NCBI GenBank assembly: GCA_964016885.1
Contig: OZ024742.1
Coordinates: 112,840,001 to 112,904,000 of the forward strand
Direction of reading: 5' to 3'
Source of the DNA: Eledone cirrhosa
Taxonomy: Eukaryota
Length of the DNA stretch: 64,000 nucleotides
Shown: piece after piece, positions 40,755 to 53,999 of the stretch
Layout of the letters: every line of letters begins with the position of its first letter
How positions within the stretch are numbered: the stretch's first letter is position 1
The notes under the pieces: model-generated
Databases searched by the model: none
Told to the model about the DNA's origin: nothing
Seen by the model: only the letters and a program-made list of their open reading frames with translations
Made by a program: the position numbers and the translations under genes

Positions 40755-40803
<49 letters not shown>

Positions 40804-40859
40804 TAAATGTTTCATTATATATATATATATATATATATATCAACTAGAAATAGATTGAC

Positions 40860-40890
<31 letters not shown>

Positions 40891-40894
40891 ATAA

Positions 40895-41565
40895 ACATAT
40901 GGAACAATCCCAGGGATAATTTATAAAGTATGTAAGCACACATAGCTAAGTGGGTAACCATTTAAAGTTTAACTAGAACTTCAAATATAGATACCTTTTA
41001 ATTCCTGACTGTTCTCTAGTGGGGGTCTTTTTACTACGATGTTTATATCAGCAACGTAGCGGGAGAGTACATTATCAGGGTTAAGAGGTTACTGTCTTCT
41101 AATTGTTCTTTAAGTTTAAGTTTAAGTTTATTGTCCCACCATACCATGAATAGGCTAGCTATGTCACATGCAATGCTAACACCAATGGCTGCTCCTTCCT
41201 CTTGGGCATATGTTTTTCCATTAAATCTGAACATATGATCCTTAAGGGTTAATTTTATACTGGCCCCCACCGCATGTGCAATCATTTTCTTTAGTTCATC
41301 GGGGTTTTCGGGTGTCCGTATGGCTCTGGTCCACCCGTTCCATCTTTCTGTGTGGGTTTTCTTGGCCATTGAGATAATGGCAGGTGGTCTGCCTCTTGCT
41401 GGTCTTGTAGGGCACATGTTGCTAAGGTCATAAGTATCTACATAATCATTACTATAGGTAAGTTTAAGTAGGAGTCCCAGCTCACTTGTATCAATCCCAC
41501 AGAATTCAACATTGCTCTCAATGATCATTTCTACCCACTCCAATGTAAAATTGGAGTTAAAGAAA
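40895..41565 (-). pseudogene. Penelope-like element RT fragment (possibly Naiad-type)
   Basis: ORF 41043-41615 has HMFRFNGKTYAQEEGAAIGVSIACDIASLFMVWWD. After a frameshift it gives SRYVADINIVV (YVDD-like). It is flanked by (TA)n. The subclade is an inference from the long insert before the motif and the GxxIG form. Confidence 0.75.
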
Positions 41566-41626
41566 CTGGTGCGTGCGTTTCTTATTGGCAACATTACCCT
41601 CCCAAAGCATAACAATATATATATAT

Positions 41627-41762
41627 ATAGGAACGAGTAGGACCCCGACGGCTGATCTCAGCCGTCGGGGTCCTACTCGTTCCTATTACCCACTCTACTA
41701 CCCTAAGTATTGAGTACTTTGGTGCGTTATGGTCCACCTGGTTCCTTACCACATTTCTTCCG

Positions 41763-41764
<2 letters not shown>
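41627..41764. mobile_element. Short fold-back insert: 60-bp near-perfect hairpin + tail, same family as 54405-54521
   Basis: Hairpin 41627-41686. The right arm and tail match 54405-54521. (TA)n on both sides. Confidence 0.88.
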
Positions 41765-41798
<34 letters not shown>

Positions 41799-41803
<5 letters not shown>

Positions 41804-42250
41804 AATATATTACACACAGAGAAGTGTGTTACACAGTGAGAAGTGTGTAAAGAATTAATATAAGTGAGTTTTACCGTTACTGTATAGAGAACAATATCTA
41901 CAGGTTTAGCAATTAAATAGTAAAAAACTAATTCAAAATCAAATCTCTGGATTAGAGTTTTAAATAACCAACCTTATAACTATAGGTTTGCTGATACGAA
42001 TCGCGCTTCGTTTCACCACTTATATGTGAAGTATAACAGGTCACACGATCCTCAGTCAGCAAATGCGAACACTGATCACGACTCATCTAACCTCATGGAT
42101 AGAGAGAAAGCTAATACACACGCTGTGTAACACACTTCTCTTTGTGTAATATATTTGCATTTGAGCTCAGAAGGAAATTCTCTATTCTTCTTTGAGCTAA
42201 TACTATTATTATTATTACAGTGAACTGCGGAATACTCTTAATTCCGATCT
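41799..42250. mobile_element. (TA)n-flanked insert with 38-bp inverted repeats and an internal hammerhead
   Basis: IR 41799-41836 / 42123-42160, followed by a tail to the next (TA)n. Confidence 0.7.
41987..42063 (-). ncRNA. Type I hammerhead ribozyme motif
   Basis: Minus strand: tttgctga-CTGAGGA-(34 nt)-GAAAC-gaa gcgcga ttc-GTA-tcagcaaa, with an 8-bp stem I. Stem II is irregular. Confidence 0.72.
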
Positions 42251-42251
42251 T

Positions 42252-42317
<66 letters not shown>

Positions 42318-42689
42318 CTTTGAAATACTCTTATATTTCTGTATTGATACACTTAATACAATCACATTTTTATCGTTATTATATATGACTGACGAAATCA
42401 AAGTTCAAATAATTGCTCTGCAATCTAGATGTTTGTCGTAGCAAGCTATACGCTAGATGCTTCTCAGAATTCAAATATGAATAAAGTCTCATTGCTTATG
42501 CTCTACATAGGGTTCTTGTACATATGGATTTTCTAATCTCTCCACTATTCTCTGTGCACAGAAGAATACACACACTCATCAATGAAATTATATGTATACA
42601 CGCACACACCGCTCTCTTTCTCACTCTCTCTCTTTCTCCCCCCACTCTCTATTTTTATATATATATAGTTATATATGGGGAGGGTCATT

Positions 42690-43172
42690 TTGTTATGATA
42701 TTGCCAGAAATATATTGTAAATCACACTCACTGTTTGGTTTGGGTTGGTTTTCGCTTCAGTTTATTCTATATTTCTAGTACTTTTTCAACTGGCAATGTT
42801 TATCATTCATTGACCAACAGTTAAAAATGTAGATATAAATATACTTACTCAGAGTCTTTTCGCCACACACATGTAAATTCAGCAATGATGATATTATACT
42901 TCCTCCCGTTGTATTGCTGGAAGTATAAGAAAACATTACAGGAATACTAATGGCGGAAACATAATAATACCACTGAAGATGTCACAAGTGTTTGACGAAA
43001 GAAATCTGAGAAACTATATGTATATCTATATTTTTTAACTGTTCGTCAATGAATGATAAACATTGATTGCTAGCTGAATGAATTATAAATATATAAAATA
43101 TATTATGCGAAAACCAAACCAAATCAAACAGTCTGTTTTTTTAAATATATATTTCTGATAGTAATATAAAAC
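42690..43172. mobile_element. Old degenerate fold-back insert with hammerhead remnant
   Basis: Imperfect inverted repeat centred near 42930. CTGAAGA-tgtca..tgac-GAAAG at 42973-43001 resembles the motif at 51284-51313. Confidence 0.65.
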
Positions 43173-43294
43173 ACGAATTTCTTTAAATATCGCAACATAC
43201 GATTTCATGTCATAAATCCTTTAACACAAATTAAATTAATCGTCACCTTATATATATATATATATACATATATATACATATATATATATATATA

Positions 43295-45945
43295 GGGTCA
43301 TATTATGTTAAATCTCGCAGAGGGTCCCGGGTTACCACCTCGTATCCAACTGCATAGTGTCATACTTGCTCCTGTACCTATGTGATGGAAGAATATCAAG
43401 TATTGGGTCAATATCATTGACAGTTTCGAAATTATAGGTCTCTATAATATTAATTAATCTTACATTGTTTTCCGAAAGAGTCTCACAGACCAACTTGAGG
43501 CAGCCACCTTTCCTCCAATAAAGTTAGCACAACTTTGAAATCATGTGTTTGGGGCTAACCGTTCCGGTAAAGTTCACATATTTTGTCAAATCAAATGTAT
43601 CTTGTATATTTTTCCATCTACAGGCCTCTGAACATTGCCAATAATTAAACGTACAACAAATGTATGCCTATTTTAGCTATGTTTATCTCTAGGTACACTA
43701 GATAAAGCAACCACAATTAATTTCCTGGTAGTTACCATATATTAGTCTATATCTAAGCACAACCCTTGTTAGTTACTATTATGGGAGTGTCAGAATAAGA
43801 TTTTGAAATGAGTGCGATTTCAAAATTTCTCAAAAAATGCCAATTTTGATGTCCTTAGTTGTCCATGAGGGCAATTCACTATCATTTTCAACATGCATTT
43901 TTATACTTCTAAAGATGATCTGACAGAAATTCAGTTTTGTTGCTAAGCTTCTTGTCAGAGTTGTGAATTTTTAGAAATTCAGTTGTCAGTGCTTTGCACA
44001 GGATCAACATATTATTAAAGCATGGATTTAAACAGTATAATATCCATCAGTGATTTATTCAATATAGTCGAATTAAATAGCTTTTAAATTAAAGGGTATT
44101 TATTGATTCAACAAATTGCAAATAACTACATGTATATCGATAACCACGTTTTACATGATTATGTACAAGGCCACACATGAGACACGTATGTTAAACAGCT
44201 AGAAAAAAAACATTTTTTATTAACCAGAGATAGAATACTATTTCCACTTCATTGAATTATTCAATACAGTACCTATTGATTCATTGATGACAAAAAAATC
44301 ATATCCATGAGTACTTTTTACATACAGCTGCAGACAAGTAACTAATACAATTTATACAGAGTTACACTGGAATTAGTACATAGTACCAAAGTGACAAGAC
44401 AGCATGCCACAAAATGATTTAAATACAACAAAGGTAAATGTTATAAACTTTCAGTGCCCAGTGCAATAACTTCTATTAAATAATTATAAAACATATTTAT
44501 GTCAAACAAAAATGTGAATCATATTAATTCTGCACAAATTGTGGGAATATAGTGAGAATTTTGTTCAGCTCACTTCAACTAATTGTATAGGTGCGGGAAC
44601 TTCTACATTGAATGATTGTTGCACTGATTACACACATGACATGTTGTAAAGGAAACCCAACAGTCATCCTCACATGCTGCTGGCCAAGAAAGTACATTGT
44701 TTTTCGATCTTTTAATAAAGGAAACAAGAACATCAGAATGTTCAAATAAGCTTCCAATAATGTTTCCCACTTACCAGCTGGAATCGCACAATAAGGCTAC
44801 ATACTTGCCTCGTTGATAGTCATCCCAGTTTACACTAGCCTGGCACTCCATATCATCCCCTATATTCACAACAGTGCACATATCATCTAGGGATATTCCT
44901 CTGAGCTGAAGCTTATATCCTGGACATGGAATGGAACTGCGACGTGACTTAACTCCAGCTATTGTTTTACAAGCATCAAAGCATTAAGCCAATTTAAATT
45001 TGACTGCATTTTCTTGTACTTGATCTTTTGAAACAAAGAACAAATCAATTCCATGAATGTTATCTCTTACCCAGCTGTACATATCATGTCGTATCAGATT
45101 TTTGAAATTAACAGTAGCCCGAAGGCTTGCTCTGGCTACTAGCCTCCTAACGGTGCCCCCCCTACACCATCATGCGGACTCTTTCCGTGGCTAATAGCAA
45201 AGAAATGCTATTCAGAAGACAGACTATGATCATCATATTGGCTGCAGAGGTTAGCAAAGTTTTTGAATTTTTTTATATTCGGTTGCAGCCCCATCACTGA
45301 AGTATATGACTTTACTCAGATCCTCAAACATTGACTTTATAGCAGTCAGTACTTGATCAGTAAAAGCATGAACTGCCACAGTTTCATTGTTGAGGCAATT
45401 TGATATGACACACATGTTTACTCATTTGAGATCAAAGGTTGAGGGGTCTTTGACATAAAATACAAAGGGATGCTCTGTAGCTTGGGAATCATCCTAATGA
45501 TGCCCCTAACAGAATACTGTATGATAAAGTTATAATTTTCTGCAAAACAAGTAATATGACTGCTTCATTATACCGAAGCTGTTCTTAGAAAAACTTTCTC
45601 ATGATGAAAGCAAACATTGTTTTCTTCATGCAGTAAATCTCCAGATATCCAGTAAAGTTAAGCCTTTTCATTGTTAAGTAAAGAACAACATTTCAAATAT
45701 CTCTGTGATTTTGTGACATTCATCTTCCAATTTACTTCCAAGATTACACTGAGATATAGAAATGGACTCCATCATTGCAGGAAAAGTAACTGCACTTTTA
45801 ATGTGATGAATTGACAATTCATAGCTCTGAGGAGAAGCTGAGCAACAAAACCAAATTTCTTTCACATCATTTTCAGAAGTATGCGAATGGATGGTAAACA
45901 TTTGAAAATGATAGTGAACTGCCCACACGGTTAACTAAAGGCATC
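43295..45945 (-). mobile_element. Decayed DDE DNA transposon (tentatively Sola-like), one end retained
   Basis: Minus-strand translation of 44600-45600 gives FAENY, SQATEHPFVFY, VIYFSDGAATEYKKFKNFANLC and HFFAISHGKSPHDGVGG-TVRRLVARASL with stops and frameshifts. A GGGTCAT.. terminus follows (TA)n at 43295. Superfamily assignment is tentative. Confidence 0.68.
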
Positions 45946-45958
45946 CATTTTAAATATA

Positions 45959-46325
45959 TATATATATTTCAGGGATATCATGTTAAAAATATGGTATGCC
46001 CTCTTCAGACAAAATACAATATATAAACAGTTTTATAAATGAATTTGACATACCTTGAAACATTTCAAGCTTACCATAACAACTTTTTAAATGGAAGTTG
46101 TAAAATTTTTCAAGGTATGTCAAATTTATTTATAAAACTGTTTATATATTGTATTTTGTCTGAAGAGGGCATACCATATTTTTAATATGATATCCCTGAA
46201 ATATATATAATGAAATAAATATGGTTTTATAAATGTAGTTTCCATTTGTTTATTATCGTAAAATACTCCAAAATCTGTTGAGTGCTTTTATATCAGTTAT
46301 AAAATATTTACTCGTTGTAACCCAA
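45959..46325. mobile_element. Fold-back hammerhead-bearing insert
   Basis: Near-perfect inverted repeat 45959-46209 centred near 46085, then a tail towards (TA)n at about 46348. Confidence 0.8.
46152..46217 (+). ncRNA. Minimal type I hammerhead ribozyme
   Basis: tattttgt-CTGAAGA-ggg(..)ccct-GAAA-tatat-ATA-atgaaata, with stem I closed using two G-U pairs. Confidence 0.7.
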
Positions 46326-46342
46326 CAATTTTAAATAAAATT

Positions 46343-46396
<54 letters not shown>

Positions 46397-46435
46397 TCCG
46401 TGTATATATGCATATATATATACTTATATACATAC

Positions 46436-46492
<57 letters not shown>

Positions 46493-47624
46493 AGTGTCTG
46501 TGAGTGTATATGTATATGTATATAATAAAACATTTGTGAAGGAACAGGGGCTGTGTTGTTGCTGGATAAATTGTATTTATAAATAAGAGGAAAGCACGAA
46601 CAGGGGATGTGGGTAATTCCCCTTTCATTAGTTGTCTTCTGGAGACCATGGATATGTCTACACATTAAAGGCAAGGTGCCTAGCTCCAGTGCTTCAATAA
46701 CTAAAGCAAGTTATTGGGGAAACATTGAGAGAGAGAAAAGATATAACAGAAGGGAAAAAAGAAAGAAAAAACGGAAAAAAACCTACGGAAGAGGGAAACA
46801 CTTGACTATATAAATATTATACTCTTGGATGGCCAGACATGAATATTACTGATATTTAGGTATGACTATCTTTATTTTTTCTTTATATGAAATATTGATT
46901 GCATTTTCCTGTATCTCATATCTATTATTTTGCCTGAGTAAATACCTATATGTATGTATACGTGGTGCGTACATATATTTATTATTTTTTTAAATAGCTC
47001 TGTGTGTGTATATATGTTACATACATATATTTATTTTTTTAATATCAAATTGAGTTCTTAAACACGTGGTTAAAATACATAACAGGCTTCAATGACCCAC
47101 GTGTATATTATCTTAAATTTTACGATGACATCCCCTTCCCTTTTGGGGACAGTGTGAAATTTATTTTTAAAGGACTGCTGGGTCTTTCTAGCTTAGCAGT
47201 CCTTTTAACACTGACGGAAACCATCACTGATTATTAATATCGATGTAGTTTTTTATATTGATATTGCATGAGCATCCACTGATAAGAGATTTATTTAACT
47301 ATGTCTCATATAAAATAATACAACCAATTATCCACGGAATACTGTATAGTAAGCACCCCAAACACATAATTGGGATTATACTCAGGTATATCCTAATGTT
47401 TGTTGAGTGAGATGGATTTGGTCAGATTATCGCTTAAAGCTTTCTCTGTTAATGTATTAAATATATATATTCAGAAGATCCCGCTAAGGGTGAAAGCAGC
47501 GATTCTTTGCTTAAACTTTAATCTGTTATTTTAATAAATATTTGCTCTACGGTTCTTATATATTTGATATATATTTATCTTTATCGAGCCCTCTTTTGAT
47601 TTTGGTCTTCACATTTATTATCAT

Positions 47625-48239
<615 letters not shown>

Positions 48240-49459
48240 CTTCGTAGAGTTTGAGTGATATGGATGGAGTAGGCTGTTGAAATATCTGAGATTTACTTGG
48301 TTCCATTTTGTCCAACTGCGGTTGAATACGTTAGCCTACCGCTTGTATGTATTTTGTCCGGGTCATCTTGTAAATATTTGGACAAAATAAAAACGGCCTG
48401 AATTCATCCCGTATTTAATAGAATGCTCATACTTGATAGTGATGTGTTTTATATCGGTAATAGGCAGTAATATTCCTCAAATTATATATTTCCAAAAGGA
48501 TAATTCAAACGAAATATACAGTACAATCCCACCATGAATTCGTCAGCTTTGTAGTACTTTCTGGAAATGCTGCTATAATTTATATGCAAGTAGGTTTGTA
48601 AACAAAAGAATCTGCTTGCTTTCTTGGCTTCATAATATTGCATTTATTGTGAATGTTTTCTTACATTAATCTATGCCTGCTACTAAGTATAGGTTCATGT
48701 TTTTGTCACTGTGTTATCATACGTAGCATAAACTTTATCAATAAACATAACCAGTTCATAAATAGATAGTGCTACCTCATATATTTTCTACGTCACTATA
48801 TGTGCAGTGTTTGATTATCAGCTTTGTTTGTAAAGGCTAAAGCAAAGTAACACTGGAATATAACACAACATTTATTTGAATATATCTAGAATTACAATAA
48901 AGATATTTGCTGTATCAATTTTAACGCATTACTCGTGTCAGCATGACATGAATAAATGTGAAATTTTGCATATCACCATGATCTATAAAGAATGGGATTT
49001 ACCTCAACCTCCGGCATATTAAATGTATGTATTCATATGGATATGTACTTCCACACAGAAACGGTCACACAACGCAATATTAACGATATATACATTGTGA
49101 TCACTGCAAATATAGAAAACAAAAAATAACAATACTTTATGTATTTACATCATGGAAGCAGTACTAAAAATATATATATATATTTATCAGCACCATTACA
49201 ATCAAACCAAAAAGGATTACTCGACTTACGAGAAATAATATCTATAACACCTGCGTATTATACGAGGCTGACATGTAAAGGATGGTACTATTCACTAAGG
49301 GAGCAGAATAAAGAAAACAAAATAACCACAATGAACTGGTGCTAATCAATGATAATAAAACATCTGTATCAATTATACTGAGGTTTTCAAATATTTTTGG
49401 AGAAATGATACAGTGTTTTCACTGTATTGAACATAAAACCTACTTGCTCGTGTGCTTAT

Positions 49460-49588
<129 letters not shown>

Positions 49589-50191
49589 GCCACCTATCTG
49601 CAATGTGTTTTAATTAATTTATCGCTACTGTGTTTAACGAGGTAATATCAATCATAAAAGGATAATACCAGGGCCAACGGTCATTTCCAGTAAGAAAAAG
49701 CAAGTTCATCTCATTCGCTCATTCGGTTAACACCCGAAATTCCCAACCACAACTACACCCACAAATACGTGTGTATCTTTAAAGTATTTCTAATGAAGAA
49801 TCACTATCACAATAGGAGACAAGGCAGGTCCATCGTTATAAATCTGTATTGAATTCGACAATATTCCATAGAATTTCTTAATAATAAATGCCACCAATAT
49901 CTGAACACTTACAGTCGTGAAATTAGCAGAAAGTATAGAGGGACCGGGCATAGAGTTGAAGGATTAAAACACCTTCACTATTTTAAAATATGAGATAGAA
50001 TTTTTCCTGACTATAAAGTAAGTACGAGTGAAGCATCCGTATCGATTTAATACAATATGCCCTCCCCAGCGACAAAGAATGGCTGTCTGCCAAAGAAAGA
50101 AATTAGTATGAGGACGCATTACTTTTAACCTATACACAAACACACATACCTACACACACATATATACATACATACACGCACACACACACAC

Positions 50192-50254
<63 letters not shown>

Positions 50255-50945
50255 TGTGTGTGAGTGTGTGGGTGTGTGGGTGTGCATGTGTGGGTGTGTG
50301 TTCATGTGTGTGAGTGTGTGTATGTATGCATGTGTGTATGTGCGTGTGTCTGTATCTACATATTATTTTATTAATTTTGATATTCGTTGTGCCATGAGAT
50401 TGTATGAAAAAGCCATCAGGCCATAAACTGCTCCTAAAAGAGTAAAGGCTTAACTTGAAAGAGATTTCATTTTACAGTAATTTCAGCTAATCAATCATTT
50501 TGTCATAAAAAGGAAAAATTAAATGTTACAAACTGTTAATGACCGTTCATTCTGGATGGTATCACTAGTGATGCATAGCAATGATTTAACATACACTCAT
50601 GCTATTCTATCTCTCTATCTCTCACACTCATTCTCACTCTCAGTCGTCTCTCTCAAGCCTCCCTACATCTCTCTGTATTTCTTCTTCGCTTTGAATCAGA
50701 GTTATATTTGTCTTAGTATATATTGATCTTTTACTATGCTGCATCATGCTCTGTTTCTCATTCTCTCATCACATTACCAACATAGTCATATACCCGATAT
50801 ATATATAAGGAAAATAAATCGAAAAAGCAACTGGAGTCTTTTTAAGAATATTTATTCATTTTTTCATTTAACGATTTAACAGTTCCTAAGCTTTTCAAAA
50901 GTATAATTGAGATGGAGGGTTGGGTTGTGGTTTATATATTTATAT

Positions 50946-51536
50946 ATATTGTTATACTTTGGGAGGGTCATGTTGCCAATAAGAAACACACACACCAGTG
51001 CATTCACTTCAATTTATTATAATATATTTATAAATTTAGGAATGTATAAATTTATAAATTTCTGGTTGGTTGGTTGGTTGGTTCCACAACCAGATAGTTG
51101 TTTATATATTGTCAAAGTTCTTTCGTCACATATTATGTGACCTCTTCAGTGACTGGGGATTATTTTCTTTGTTTTTGTGCCTCTCCTTTGTTCTGTCCTA
51201 CGCCATTTTGTTTCACACAGAAACAAAATGGCGTAGACAGAAAAAAGGAGAGACACAAAAACAAAGAAAATAATCCCCAGTCACTGAAGAGGTCACAGAA
51301 TGTGTGACGAAAGAACTTTGACAATATATAAACAACTATCTGGTTGTGGAACCAACCAACCAGAAATTTATAAATTTATAAGTTCCTAAATTTATAAATG
51401 TATTATAATAAATTGAAGTTGAACAGCTGGTGCGTGTGTTTCTTATTGGCAACATGACCCTCCCAAAGTATAACAATATCGGTTTCAACACACGATTTCA
51501 GATAAAGAATCTTGCTAAACAAATTCAGAAACGAAA

Positions 51537-51540
<4 letters not shown>
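50946..51540. mobile_element. Fold-back hammerhead-bearing insert (about 530-bp palindrome + tail)
   Basis: Inverted repeat 50946-51479 centred near 51217, tail 51480-51540, then (TA)n. The arm end matches 41567-41616 next to a Penelope-like RT. Confidence 0.88.
51280..51322 (+). ncRNA. Minimal type I hammerhead ribozyme (mirror copy on - strand 51111-51153)
   Basis: gtca-CTGAAGA-g-gtcaca gaatg tgtgac-GAAAG-aa-CTT-tgac. Confidence 0.72.
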
Positions 51541-51575
<35 letters not shown>

Positions 51576-51577
<2 letters not shown>

Positions 51578-52718
51578 AAAAGCGAAGTAGTTTCAGATGT
51601 TCAAGTCCTTTAATAATAATGCTGTGATATATATTTCAATGGCGACACTGGCCACACTGTTCTGTGTGCGAGTGTCATGACATCATCAGACAGCTTGTTA
51701 CATAAAAAGGTTATGTTTTGGGTCTATCACCCGTTCCCCTGTGAGTACCAATTCACCCCCACCGGTCTGCGCGTGTGCATGTCTGAAGGAAGTTGACCAT
51801 TGGCTACCGCAGATTTTAACGAAATTCGCTTAGTAATTTCAGCCTCTCAGTGACACAATGGCCCGTACCATAGTTTACTGCTACCCATCACGACTGTGAT
51901 AGTCAGTCGAAAGTCAGAGGGGGTGGGAGAGTGTTAGTTTTTACAGGTCATAATACTACCTCTCACCTAGCGTGGACAGTACGACTGACCTTCAACTCAA
52001 AGGGAAAATAAACTTAATTCTAAGTATCATGATTTTACATTGTTAATTTGTTTATTGTTTAATTTATAATTTCTGATACTTGATTTAGGACTTTAATTTT
52101 TATTTCCAACTCTCACTCTTAACTTACAATGTAAAGTCATGATACTTGGAATTAAGTTTATTTTCCCTTTGAGTTGAAGGTCAGTCGTACTGACCACGCT
52201 AGGTGAGAGGTAGTATTATGACCTGTAAAAATTAACACTCTCCCACCCCTCTGGCTTTCGACTGACTACCACAGTCGTGATGGGTAGCAGTAAACTATGG
52301 TACGGGCCATTGTGTCACTTAGAGGCTGAAATGACTAAGCGAATTTCGTTAAAATCTGCGGTAGCCAATGGTCACCTTCCTTCGGACATCGCACACGCAA
52401 ACCGGTTGGGTGAATTGGTACTCACAGGGGAACGGGTGATAAACCCAAAAGCACGCATTTCATCCGTTCCCATGTCGATTCAATTTGGATTGCCTCGGAA
52501 ACATAACCTTATTATGTAACAAGCTGTCTGATGATGTCCGACACTCGCACACAGAACAGTGTGGCCAGTGTCGCCATTGAAATATATATCACAGCATTAT
52601 TATTAAAGGACTTGAACATCTGAAACTACTTCGCTTTTCCTTATTCGATATTTACTCCGTTACTCCTATGTGGAAAAAGTACGTTGAGTGCTTGAATTGA
52701 ATTGCATCAATATTTACC

Positions 52719-52722
<4 letters not shown>
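51576..52722. mobile_element. Large fold-back hammerhead-bearing insert (about 1.07-kb palindrome + tail)
   Basis: Arms about 51576-52046 and 52124-52640, tail to 52722, (TA)n on both sides. A third copy of the arm lies at 62987-63600. Confidence 0.9.
52523..52595 (+). ncRNA. Type I hammerhead ribozyme with long stem II (mirror copy on - strand 51621-51694)
   Basis: gctgt-CTGATGA-(cgacact..cacac/gtgtg..agtgtcg stem II)-GAAA-tatat-ATC-acagc. Confidence 0.82.
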
Positions 52723-52799
<77 letters not shown>

Positions 52800-52800
<1 letters not shown>

Positions 52801-53990
52801 CGCCACCAGGCAGTGCTCTGGCAGTGTCTGCTGGCGTTGCACTGGTAGATCACATTACGGTCTCTGCATCTATTGTCGAGTGGGCAAATGGATCTATCCG
52901 GACAGTTGCACCTCCTGGTCGGCTCTCCACTGCTATTTAGGTTATATCTGCCATCGATGTTGAGTTTTTTGTTGTTAGAGGAGACGATGTTTTGTGCAAA
53001 GTTTGGTGTAGTGCTGTAAGAGAGTTTGATGGTATTTTTGTTAATTATGTTGTGGTAGCGGTGTTGTAGTGGGAAGTGTTTTTCAATGAGCCTAAAGAAT
53101 AGTTTCACGATGGGAGTTTCATCTCTGCGTTGTGGGGAGGATTGAACTATGTTACATTGCGTGAGCGGCGGTGTCTCCTGCTGGTTCCGATAATGGGAGC
53201 TGGACAGTAGGATAATTCCTCCCGGAAACCACTCCGCTTGAGGGCCTGGTTGTAATAAGGCGCATGTTCATCGAATATCCGCTCATTAGCTGACAAACGG
53301 GATATGCGGAGGGAGATGTTTTTGACCAGGTTGTTGGTGATGTTCCTAGGATGGTTTGATCAGCGGTGGATGTAGTGCAGGTTGTCATTAGGTTTCCTCT
53401 ATGGGTAGTACAGGTGGTTTTCGAGGTCGAGTGTCACGTCCAGGAAGTTTGCTCGGGTAAGGGACGTTTGTAGGGTTATTTTAAATCCCCAGTCGCGGAA
53501 GAAGCTGATTAATTGTTTCCGGACCCGATCTGTACTACTGGGGTTGTACCCTTTAAGGGCAAGGAGCCCATCATCACGGTACAATCCACCACCGAATGCA
53601 GGAAACATATCGGTGAGTTTGGCTATTAGGAATAATGCTATAAGATCTGTGACCTCCGCCGAATCCGTGGCGCCCATGCTGACGTCGAAGGGTGAGTCGG
53701 GAGCTATTTTTATCCATTTAGAGTCGTCAAAGAGTAAGACTGTCTTCCTGGCGTGGAGGATGATTTTTCTTTCCTGGTCGGTGATGGGCACAAGTGTTTC
53801 GGCGAAGTCCAAGGCGGCAGTAAGTAGCGGTAAGGTGATTGAAGCATAGTAGCTCTCTATGTCGAACTGAATGAATTTAGTGTCTCGTTTATCCTCCATA
53901 TTGCTGAACCCTGAGATTACTTCCTGGGTGTTGATCCATAGGCTAAGACGGGCGTGTTGCTCTACTTTTGGTATCACGCCGTCTAGGATT
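52800..53990 (-). pseudogene. Penelope-like element RT + linker up to the start of the GIY-YIG domain, truncated and frameshifted
   Basis: ORFs 53399-53977 (FIQFDIESYY, FDVSMG..DSAEV.DL, GLYRDDGL, NFLDVTLDL) and 52719-53108 (NTIKLSYS, CNC..CPL...C...NVIYQC). Confidence 0.88.
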
Positions 53991-53999
53991 TTTTGCTGA

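Noticed and set aside
47169-47505. Hairpin at 47169-47205 and hammerhead-like CAGAAGA-tcccgctaagggt-GAAAG at 47472-47496
   Set aside because: The core U4 is mutated and stems I and III do not close. It is probably a decayed relative of the 24.8-kb motif but is not supportable as a ribozyme.
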